This document shows positions 30,097 to 37,615 of a stretch of DNA of 37,615 nucleotides, piece by piece (positions within the stretch are counted from its first letter, which is position 1; the number at the start of each line of letters is the position of its first letter). Source of the DNA: a virus. Taxonomy: Duplodnaviria; Heunggongvirae; Uroviricota; Caudoviricetes. Below the pieces are notes generated by a model. It was not told the DNA's origin. It saw only the letters and a list, made by a program, of their open reading frames with translations, and ran no database searches. A program made the translations under genes and the position numbers. The DNA lies in IMG/VR virus record IMGVR_UViG_2721755720_000002, positions 1-37,615 of that record; one strand, 5' to 3'.

Positions 30097-32093
30097 TGGC
30101 TAAAGCATGGAAAGATGTTATCGCCTCTCCACAGTATCAGGCGTTAGCACCAGAACAAAAAGCGCAGGCTCAGGAGCAATACTTCAATGAAGTCGTGGCC
30201 CCGCAAGCCGGAGAAAATGCAGAGCAGGCTAAGCAAGCTTTCTATGCTGCCTATCCATTGCCATCTGTGCAGCCAGTGGATACACAGCAACCAGTAGCAC
30301 AGCAACAACCACAGCAAAGTGGATTTATGTCTGATCTTGGCGAAGCAGTAAAAGAGACTGGTCGCGGACTGGTGCAGGCTGGCGTGAACGTGGCAAACAT
30401 ACCTGCATCAGTTGCAGATGCTGTAACAAGCGCGGCGGCATGGGCTGGCGGTAAACTCGGTATTGGCGATGGTACATATCAGCCAGCGCCACGAGTAACA
30501 ACGCAGGGATTAGAGCAGGACTTTGGCCTTCAGCAAGGCGCGCTGACTCCACAAACGACAGAGGGAAGGGTATTTGCTGAAGCATTGCCTTACCTCACTC
30601 CTGCTGGCGTTGAGAGAGCGGCGGTACAGGCACCAACACTTGCTGGTCGAATTGCTCAGGGGGCAACTCGCCTTCTAGCAGAAAACGCAGTTGGATCACT
30701 TGCTGCAAATAGTGCGAAAGATGATGCGGAAGCACTCGCCACCGATTTAGGCGTTGGTGTACTTGCTGGCGGTGCTATTAACGCTGCCGGACGTGGATTA
30801 GGTGCTGCTTATCGTGGCGTTCGTGGTGCTATCGCGCCAGAAGCGCAGCAGGCTATCAGATTTGCAGAGCGTGAAGGAGTTCCTCTGCACACCACAGACC
30901 TGTTACAGCCTACTTCCCGCGTCGGGAAATTGGCGCAGACGACAGCGGAAAATATCCCCCTAGCTGGCACAAGCGGAATGAGAGCAACGCAACAGGAAGC
31001 GAGAAGCCAGTTGGTGCAGAGATTTGCTGATAAATTCGGTGAGTATGATCCAGCTGTTGTTATTGACAGCCTTAAAGCGAAAACATCAGGAATTCGTCGT
31101 GCTGCAGGGAACCGTCTTGAGCAGGTTCAGAATGCTATGGCTGGAGTAAACATTCAGCCTGCGCGAGCAATTCAGCAGATTGATACAGAATTATCTAACC
31201 TGCAGAAGCTTGGTAAGGTTGCTGATAACGAGACAATTTCAAAACTTCAGTCATATCGTGATGAGCTTGTTCGCAATGCTGGCCCTGATGGTCCGGTAAA
31301 TCTGGATTTGAAGCAATTAAGCGACCTGCGCAGCCAGTTCAGAATGGACGTGAAGGGTGAGCGACCAGTGTTACCAAACCGTTCCGATGCTGCCATTCAG
31401 CGCGTTTACAAGGCAATGACTGACGATATCAATGGTGCCATTGGTCAGAATCTTGGCAACGATACTCTCCGTAAATATCAGCAGGCCAATGCCGTCTACG
31501 CTGACGAAGCGGCGAAACTAAAGAATACCAGGCTGAAGAATGTTCTCATGAAAGGCGACCTGACGCCGGAAGTTGTCAACAACATGCTATTCAGCAAGAA
31601 CAAATCGGAAATTAAGACGCTGTATAACTCAGTTGGTCGTGTTGGCAGGGCGCAAATGCGCAATGGCATCATTGGAAAGGCGATGGAGAAATCTGGCGGA
31701 TCCCCTGACCAGTTCCTTCGGCAGCTTAACATCCTGCAAAACCAGACTGGCATCACATTTAAGGGGCAGGACGCTGCTTATCTGAAAGGATTAAAAAACT
31801 ATCTGCAATCCACGCAGCAGGCTGCAAAAGCGGCAGTAACAACACCCACAGGGCAGCAAACTATCCCGTTCATTATTGGGTATGGGACGGCAATGAACCC
31901 GGCGACAACTGGCGCAGCAGTAAGCTACGGACTTCTTACTCGCGCCTATGAGAGCGAGCTATTCAGAAATGCAATGCTCCGAATGGCAAACTCCCCACGC
32001 GGATCAACAGCGTTCGAGAAAGCCATGCAGCAGGCACAAAAGGCCATTAACGCCCTGACTCAGGGGGCTAAGTCTGATGCGCTGTCAGAATAG
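30096..32093 (+). CDS. ejection protein (P22 gp16-like)
   Basis: 665 aa; last gene of the ejection series, before the immI-like region. Confidence 0.6.
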   Translation: MAKAWKDVIASPQYQALAPEQKAQAQEQYFNEVVAPQAGENAEQAKQAFYAAYPLPSVQPVDTQQPVAQQQPQQSGFMSDLGEAVKETGRGLVQAGVNVANIPASVADAVTSAAAWAGGKLGIGDGTYQPAPRVTTQGLEQDFGLQQGALTPQTTEGRVFAEALPYLTPAGVERAAVQAPTLAGRIAQGATRLLAENAVGSLAANSAKDDAEALATDLGVGVLAGGAINAAGRGLGAAYRGVRGAIAPEAQQAIRFAEREGVPLHTTDLLQPTSRVGKLAQTTAENIPLAGTSGMRATQQEARSQLVQRFADKFGEYDPAVVIDSLKAKTSGIRRAAGNRLEQVQNAMAGVNIQPARAIQQIDTELSNLQKLGKVADNETISKLQSYRDELVRNAGPDGPVNLDLKQLSDLRSQFRMDVKGERPVLPNRSDAAIQRVYKAMTDDINGAIGQNLGNDTLRKYQQANAVYADEAAKLKNTRLKNVLMKGDLTPEVVNNMLFSKNKSEIKTLYNSVGRVGRAQMRNGIIGKAMEKSGGSPDQFLRQLNILQNQTGITFKGQDAAYLKGLKNYLQSTQQAAKAAVTTPTGQQTIPFIIGYGTAMNPATTGAAVSYGLLTRAYESELFRNAMLRMANSPRGSTAFEKAMQQAQKAINALTQGAKSDALSE

Positions 32094-32182
32094 CTTCGCA
32101 AATACCAGGAACGTGCAAAAACCAAATATGTAGAACGCAATATTCAGCATATCTCTGTGCATAAATCCTCCGTAACGGATGG

Positions 32183-32443
32183 TTATCTGCTGTCTTTTTT
32201 ATATAGCTTCTTGAGCGTATCAAAGACAATTTTCTTAACCATATCAGATTGTTGTTCTGCCATACGCTCTGCATCGTCAATGTAAACTGATGCAGAGCTT
32301 TGTTTATCCAATGATTCCTCAATCGCTGCAATTATCTCTGAGTTCAGCGATCTGTTATTCATCTTCGCACGCTGTTTAATCTTCGCGTGGAGTTCATGCG
32401 GAAGTCTCAAGTGAAACTGCGCCTCGTCGTATTTGCTGTACAT
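32183..32443 (-). CDS. mnt: Mnt-like ribbon-helix-helix repressor (86 aa)
   Basis: ATG at 32443; FHLRLPHELHAKIKQRAKMNNRSLNSEIIAAIEESL plus ...DMVKKIVFDTLKKLYKK parallel P22 Mnt as recalled. Confidence 0.7.
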   Translation of the reverse strand: MYSKYDEAQFHLRLPHELHAKIKQRAKMNNRSLNSEIIAAIEESLDKQSSASVYIDDAERMAEQQSDMVKKIVFDTLKKLYKKDSR

Positions 32444-32499
32444 CCTTGATGCCTCACCAGTTGGGTGGAATGGCATCGTAACCTACTGGATAAATACTC

Positions 32500-32540
32500 A
32501 ATAGTACCATTTCGGTATGCAATCACATCATGGTTGCATC
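32500..32540. promoter_or_regulatory. candidate operator and divergent promoter region between mnt and the tailspike
   Basis: Imperfect inverted repeats TACC-ATTTC-GGTA and ATGCAA...TTGCAT within the 120-bp intergenic region. Confidence 0.3.
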
Positions 32541-32564
32541 ATATCATTCGTCTGGAGCAATGAA

Positions 32565-34976
32565 ATGTCAGATATCACCGCAAATGTTGTGGTAAGCATG
32601 CCTTCGCAACTCTTCACTATGGCGCGTTCTTTTAAAGCCGTAGCCAATGGCAAAATTTATATCGGTAAAATTGATACTGACCCTGTAAATCCTGAAAACC
32701 AGATTCAGGTTTATGTGGAGAACGAAGACGGTTCTCACGTTCCTGTTTCTCAACCAATCATCATTAACGCTGCTGGTTACCCGGTATATAACGGACAGAT
32801 TGCCAAATTCGTAACTATGCAAGGCCATTCTATGGCTGTATATGATGCGTACGGTTCTCAGCAATTCAATTACCCAAACGTTCTTAAATACGACCCTGAC
32901 CAGTTGCGTCAGGAGCTTGGCGGTTACGATGGCGCAAAGGTCATCGGTGAGTGTCCAGACATCGAAACGCTAAGGACTATTGAGCCACAGGAAAACAGTC
33001 AGCGCATTATCGTCCGCCATCACACCCTTAATTCTGGTTACGGTGGTGGTCAGTTCCGTTCCCGCCTTGATGGTTCATCGTACACAGATAACAATGGCAC
33101 GGTCATCAAGACTACGGGTGGCGCAGTGTGGCTGCGTATCAATGCCGATATTATAAACCCTCTGATGTTCGGCGCGATCCCAGACGGTGTTACTGATTGT
33201 TCAAGTGCGTTCACTAATGCACTTTCGGCTGGTAGCATTGTTGTTCCTGACGGTGAATTCAAAATATCAAACGTGCAGGTTCCCACTAAAACAAGCATTC
33301 GTGGTAACGGGTACAAATCTAAAATCGTTGTTCCTACAGGCCAGGCATCGTTCCTAGTTGGGAATTCCTCTGCGGCTACAACAATAGATTATTTCGATGG
33401 TTGTAATATTTCTGATTTGCATATTTGGTCTGATTCAGTAGCGGCTGGCACCATTGGGATAATCACGAACGGAATTAGCTCTTCAAGATTTGAAAACATT
33501 GTTTATACCAAAACAAACATTGTTATTCGTCAGGACCATGCGGAAGGCTGTACTTTCAGAAATATCAGTAACTCTGATTTGGAAAATGGTGATACTGACC
33601 CTGTGTTTGTGATTTTTTCTCAGATAAATAAACGTTCAAATGATAATTCATATTTAAACTTTGTAGCGAGAAGTAGTGATACAGAGATTTATTTAGGAAT
33701 GGTAGGTGGTGGTGACGTAACTGTGGCACAGCACGATGGCATCACTATCGAAGACTGCATTCTGTTTCCGTGTCAGAAGGATAACATTTATGTTGCAAAC
33801 GGAAGGATGGGTAGGATCTCAAATAATGAGTTGTTTGTAGCTGGAAGAAATGGAATTCGCATAGACGCAGTTGTAACAAACATGTCAATTACAGGGAATA
33901 ATATTCCTTGGTCTGGAAGATTTACTGCAGGCGGGGCTGATGCAATACTGGTGCAAACAGTGGCTGGTAGCGCTTCTTCCGCAGTTGGACAGGTGGATAT
34001 TAGCAATAACATCATCAGTATGCCTTCTGGCTGCGGAATGAGGGTTGCTGGGATTGGTCAAGTAACTATTACTAATAACACTATTGTCTCTCCAAATAAC
34101 ATTAAAACAACAGTGACTGGACCATTCACTGCTAAGCAATATGACGGAATAAGGATTAACGGAGCTTGCGGATATATATTTGTATCTGATAACCATGTCA
34201 CCACAGGAAGACACGGTCAGGGCGGTGATGATTTCTCAACGAACTGGAGATATGATGTTTTTGTTGAGTCTACCGTCATAAATGGAGTTGTTAAGCATCC
34301 TGGAATAAATGTTTTAAATCTTTCGCCTTACATTGATGTACAACTCCCTATAACTAGATATATTCAGGGTCGACATCAGACTCTATACAAGGAGGTTAAC
34401 AGTCCGTACGCAACAACTAACTGGAGGGTTGCCTCAGGAACGGGAACCATATCAGCAGTATCTGCAACTAATCCATACTCTGGGGAGTTAACAAATACCG
34501 TATTGCAGTTTGTAAACACATCCGGAACTTCAATTTTCTCAAGAGGAGAAAATACCACAACTGCGGGTGACCCAATTGGCGCTGTTTTTAAGGTTAGGTG
34601 CACATCTCCGACATCCGCTTATGTTACGTTCAGTATTGTAGTTGGCGGTTCGGTCTTTGTTCAGAGAAGCATAATGGTAGGTGCAGGGTGGGGTGAGATA
34701 GACATGCGCAGACTGGGAGCGCCTGCAGGGGTTGTTGCTTTTCAGGTTTCAATATCAGATATATGCACCATACAAATAGCCGAAGTTAGGGTGACCAAGA
34801 CCACAGAAGCGCCCCAATTATCAGGTACATATTATGGAACATCAATCCCTACATCCGGCTACTATAAGGTTGGAGATATAGTTAAAAACTCAGTCCCAAC
34901 ACCTGGATCTCCGAGAGGCTGGGTGTGCACAGCGTCAGGGACTCCAGGATCATGGGTATCAGAAGGAAATCTGTGA
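32565..34976 (+). CDS. tailspike: P22-type head-binding N-domain fused to a divergent beta-helix receptor-binding domain (803 aa)
   Basis: GGAG Shine-Dalgarno then ATG at 32565; [56 protein letters not shown] matches the P22 gp9 N-terminus; remainder has beta-helix-like repeats and is AT-richer. Confidence 0.85.
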   Translation: MSDITANVVVSMPSQLFTMARSFKAVANGKIYIGKIDTDPVNPENQIQVYVENEDGSHVPVSQPIIINAAGYPVYNGQIAKFVTMQGHSMAVYDAYGSQQFNYPNVLKYDPDQLRQELGGYDGAKVIGECPDIETLRTIEPQENSQRIIVRHHTLNSGYGGGQFRSRLDGSSYTDNNGTVIKTTGGAVWLRINADIINPLMFGAIPDGVTDCSSAFTNALSAGSIVVPDGEFKISNVQVPTKTSIRGNGYKSKIVVPTGQASFLVGNSSAATTIDYFDGCNISDLHIWSDSVAAGTIGIITNGISSSRFENIVYTKTNIVIRQDHAEGCTFRNISNSDLENGDTDPVFVIFSQINKRSNDNSYLNFVARSSDTEIYLGMVGGGDVTVAQHDGITIEDCILFPCQKDNIYVANGRMGRISNNELFVAGRNGIRIDAVVTNMSITGNNIPWSGRFTAGGADAILVQTVAGSASSAVGQVDISNNIISMPSGCGMRVAGIGQVTITNNTIVSPNNIKTTVTGPFTAKQYDGIRINGACGYIFVSDNHVTTGRHGQGGDDFSTNWRYDVFVESTVINGVVKHPGINVLNLSPYIDVQLPITRYIQGRHQTLYKEVNSPYATTNWRVASGTGTISAVSATNPYSGELTNTVLQFVNTSGTSIFSRGENTTTAGDPIGAVFKVRCTSPTSAYVTFSIVVGGSVFVQRSIMVGAGWGEIDMRRLGAPAGVVAFQVSISDICTIQIAEVRVTKTTEAPQLSGTYYGTSIPTSGYYKVGDIVKNSVPTPGSPRGWVCTASGTPGSWVSEGNL

Positions 34977-34980
34977 AGAA

Positions 34981-34996
34981 GCGCCACGGATGGCGC
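34981..34996. terminator. candidate bidirectional terminator hairpin between the convergent tailspike and AlgJ-like genes
   Basis: GCGCCA-CGGA-TGGCGC, with a T-rich tract on the plus side. Confidence 0.4.
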
Positions 34997-35001
34997 AAAT
35001 G

Positions 35002-36123
35002 TTATTTTGGAAGATTAGTAAACCAAGGGATTGTCATTGCCTGGCGTTCAACCGCAGTGACTATTACCAGATCAGGTTTATAGGTACCAATTATGCGCGT
35101 CATAATTTCAGGTGTCGCCATAACAGCCTGATAATGCTGCTGGAATATGTTGGAGAAGGTAGCGTTCATGAACGGTTCCATTCCATCACCAAATGAATCA
35201 CGTAACCACAAGACCTTCATTGAGTTAAGTGCAGTTTCATTCCTGGTTTCCTGAGGAACATTACGATGTATGGTAGAGTTATCAATCGGTAACACTTTTT
35301 TGAATGCCCCATACCAGTCATAAACCTTGACAGTCTTTGCACCAGGTACTTTTGCAGTGTACTCAACATCTATTAGAGAGTCCTGAAGGCGAAGGAATCT
35401 ACTAAGGTCACCACCATTTCGTGATGATGCTGAAATATCAACGTCTTTATCGGTGAGCCATTTTATATTAGGTACTTGTTGAGAAATTCTATGCGAAATC
35501 TCCTTGTAACCGGCCCATGCACCTCTTTTGTTCCAGTGGGTATCGGTTTTATAATATAGAGGGCCATTATTCTTCAAGTTATCAAAAGACGCACCCATAT
35601 TGATGAAGGTGTGATCGCCTTTTGCTGAAGACAAGAGGTATTGAGTGTTTCTGCTACCGCCATTTTCGATAAGCCATTTTGGCGAAAACTCGGGGTAAAC
35701 TGTATGTTTATCTGGAGCAAAGCTTACAAAGTATCCCTTGCCGCCATAACTTTTGACGTAACTATCCCAGGCAATCCTTGCTTTAGCCATTTTGTCTATC
35801 TGCGGCCTGATATCCTTTGTAAGATTCCTCTTTTCTGAAAGAGTGTTTGAATATTTATCACCAAGGAACAGCCATCCATTTTTACCAACTATGGTCTCTT
35901 CAGGATAAAGAGATATCCCAACTTTATATAGCACACCAGACAGAGGCGGGATTGCAGAGTCAAGGTTATACAGACCATCAACGTTAAACCAATCAGTAAC
36001 ATCAGTTTTAGAGAAGTCAATAATTTTCGCACCATTAATAGCACCATCTTTAACATTTACCAACGGCGCTATCATTAAAAGAGCGAGTGAACTCACAGCA
36101 AAACTACAGATGTATTTTTTCAC
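35002..36123 (-). CDS. AlgJ/AlgX-like SGNH-type periplasmic O-acetyltransferase partner with N-terminal signal anchor (373 aa from GTG; ATG at 36162 possible)
   Basis: GAGGAG then 6 nt then GTG at 36123; hydrophobic N-terminus ICSFAVSSLALLMIAPLV; YYKTDTHWNKRG motif resembling the AlgJ/AlgX catalytic D-x-H-W; LRDSFG downstream; overlaps the MBOAT stop. Confidence 0.6.
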   Translation of the reverse strand: MKKYICSFAVSSLALLMIAPLVNVKDGAINGAKIIDFSKTDVTDWFNVDGLYNLDSAIPPLSGVLYKVGISLYPEETIVGKNGWLFLGDKYSNTLSEKRNLTKDIRPQIDKMAKARIAWDSYVKSYGGKGYFVSFAPDKHTVYPEFSPKWLIENGGSRNTQYLLSSAKGDHTFINMGASFDNLKNNGPLYYKTDTHWNKRGAWAGYKEISHRISQQVPNIKWLTDKDVDISASSRNGGDLSRFLRLQDSLIDVEYTAKVPGAKTVKVYDWYGAFKKVLPIDNSTIHRNVPQETRNETALNSMKVLWLRDSFGDGMEPFMNATFSNIFQQHYQAVMATPEIMTRIIGTYKPDLVIVTAVERQAMTIPWFTNLPK

Positions 36124-36133
36124 GACTCGCTCC

Positions 36134-37615
36134 TCAGAAATTAAAATACAGGAAAACTGCATTTGTGGATTTTATGGTTGCATACACGGCAGTTACAAAA
36201 AGAACAACCATACATATTGTTTTAATACCATAAGACCCCTTGGCGATGGTCATTTCGTATGAGTTTTTTAATGGGGTGATTATGAAACCAATTAATATCA
36301 ACGAATAGCAAAGGAAGTTCTCAACAATTCCAACGGGAAGGAATGTTGATAATTTATCTGTAAATACGCCACCCCATGCCAGCATGTCAGTTGGAGCATT
36401 CTGAATGGATAGTGCACTTACTGAACCAATGTCAATCATTCCTCGCAGGATACGCATGGCATCGCCTACAGAATGAGCACGGAAGAAAACCCACGCAACG
36501 TTAACAAACATAAATGTAATAAACCATGCCAGAACCGAAGGTAGCGAGAACCCTCTACGCTTCCACCATCGGTGGATGACAAGAGCGCCACCATGCAGCA
36601 CGCCCCATATGATAAACATCCAACTTGCACCGTGCCACAGCCCACCCAGAACGAACGTAGCAAACAGATTAAAATACACCCTGGCGCTGGAACATCGGTT
36701 CCCACCCAAAGGGATGTATATATAATCGCGAAGATAGCGACCAAGGGTTATGTGCCATCTGCGCCAAAAGTCCTGTATATCAAAAGATTTGTATGGTGAA
36801 TTGAAGTTTAGAGGGAGCCATATGTTAAAGAGAAGCGCGGCCCCGATCGCCATGTCACAGTAACCACTAAAATCAAAATAAAGTTGAAATGTGTAAGAAA
36901 GACTGGCGGCCCATGAGCTAAAGAAATCATGCTGCGCCCCAGGTGCAAACCCTGCATCTGCGAACACTGCAAAGTTATCCGCGATAACAACCTTCTTGAA
37001 TAACCCAACACTGAAGATAAACAACCCCATAAAAATATTTCTGTATCTTATAGCGCAATTCCACTTAGACTGGAACTGGGTCATCATCTCTTTATGGTGA
37101 AGTATTGGCCCTGCTATAAGGTGCGGGAAGAATGTTACGAACAATGCATAGTTGACGAAGTCATACTCTTTAGCGCTCCCTCTGTAACTATCAACAAGAA
37201 AAGCCGTTTGGGTAAAAGTATAAAAACTAATACCGAGTGGAAGTATTATGTTCCTAAAAGTAAGCTCATAACCGCTAAGAGCATTGAAATTCTCAATGAA
37301 GAAGTTTGTGTATTTATAATAACCAAGCAAAGACAAATTCACGATAATAGCTATTGTTAAAATTGCCTTACGCGAAAACGGTATTCTGACCCCTTTGACA
37401 TGCGGAGAGACAGCCCCTCCGGCAATGAAGTTGAAAAGGATGGAACCTAACAATAATGGGAGATAGCTCACATCCCAATAGCCATAGAAGAAGAGACTGC
37501 AAGCCACAAGCCAAACCTTTCCAGCGTATACCATTCTGATTTTATTTAAGAAAAAGTACACAAAGAAGGATATAGGCAAAAACAGAAAAATGAATACAGG
37601 AGTACTGAAAAGCAT
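36134..37615 (-). CDS. MBOAT-family membrane-bound O-acyltransferase (AlgI/DltB/PatA-like, 493 aa); start codon is the last three bases of the window
   Basis: Multi-pass membrane protein; N-terminus MLFSTPVFIFLFLPISFFVYFFL; FWRRWHITLGRYLRDYIYIPLGG and LWHGASW motifs carrying the conserved MBOAT His; AT-rich coding region. Confidence 0.85.
   Translation of the reverse strand: MLFSTPVFIFLFLPISFFVYFFLNKIRMVYAGKVWLVACSLFFYGYWDVSYLPLLLGSILFNFIAGGAVSPHVKGVRIPFSRKAILTIAIIVNLSLLGYYKYTNFFIENFNALSGYELTFRNIILPLGISFYTFTQTAFLVDSYRGSAKEYDFVNYALFVTFFPHLIAGPILHHKEMMTQFQSKWNCAIRYRNIFMGLFIFSVGLFKKVVIADNFAVFADAGFAPGAQHDFFSSWAASLSYTFQLYFDFSGYCDMAIGAALLFNIWLPLNFNSPYKSFDIQDFWRRWHITLGRYLRDYIYIPLGGNRCSSARVYFNLFATFVLGGLWHGASWMFIIWGVLHGGALVIHRWWKRRGFSLPSVLAWFITFMFVNVAWVFFRAHSVGDAMRILRGMIDIGSVSALSIQNAPTDMLAWGGVFTDKLSTFLPVGIVENFLCYSLILIGFIITPLKNSYEMTIAKGSYGIKTICMVVLFVTAVYATIKSTNAVFLYFNF

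Overview
The window is almost an entire mosaic lambdoid prophage, read from the excisionase-like gene (window start) to a cargo gene beside the tailspike (window end). Everything here is from reading the sequence and the ORF track; similarities are recalled from memory, not searched. Minus strand, early-left operon: AlpA/Xis-like gene, a chain of small translationally coupled genes (ASCH-like, DUF551-like, Ea22-like), a recombination module (DEDDh 3'-5' exonuclease, SSB, Rad52-like annealing protein), CIII-like, an AT-rich moron, and lambda-type N with nutL. Immunity region: phage-434-type cI and cro with six 14-bp ACAAxxxxxxTTGT operators, plus a signal-peptide protein coupled to the cI stop in the position of lambda rexAB. 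Plus strand: cII, O-type initiator with iterons, DnaB-type helicase, nin region (NinB/E/X/F, YbcO-like, RusA, NinH), lambda-type Q with pR' and a short tR', lambda-type S/R/Rz/Rz1, a KilA-N gene, then an Sf6/P22-type virion module (small and large terminase, portal, scaffold, coat, gp4, gp10, tail needle, gp14, gp7/gp20/gp16 ejection proteins, tailspike). The strongest candidate for something new is at the right end: convergent with the tailspike is an AT-rich two-gene cassette, an MBOAT (AlgI/DltB/PatA-type) membrane O-acyltransferase plus an AlgJ/AlgX-like periplasmic partner with a TDTHW motif. It sits where Sf6-type phages carry a single-gene O-antigen acetylase, so it is a likely surface-polysaccharide O-acetylation (serotype-conversion) module. 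Other points worth a look: the rex-position secreted protein, an orphan Mnt-like repressor beside the tailspike, an SSB with 15 residues after the canonical DDDIPF tip, a terminator-insulated moron next to N, and a divergent tailspike receptor domain. No tRNA, CRISPR array, transposase or integrase was seen; the integrase presumably lies just left of the window.
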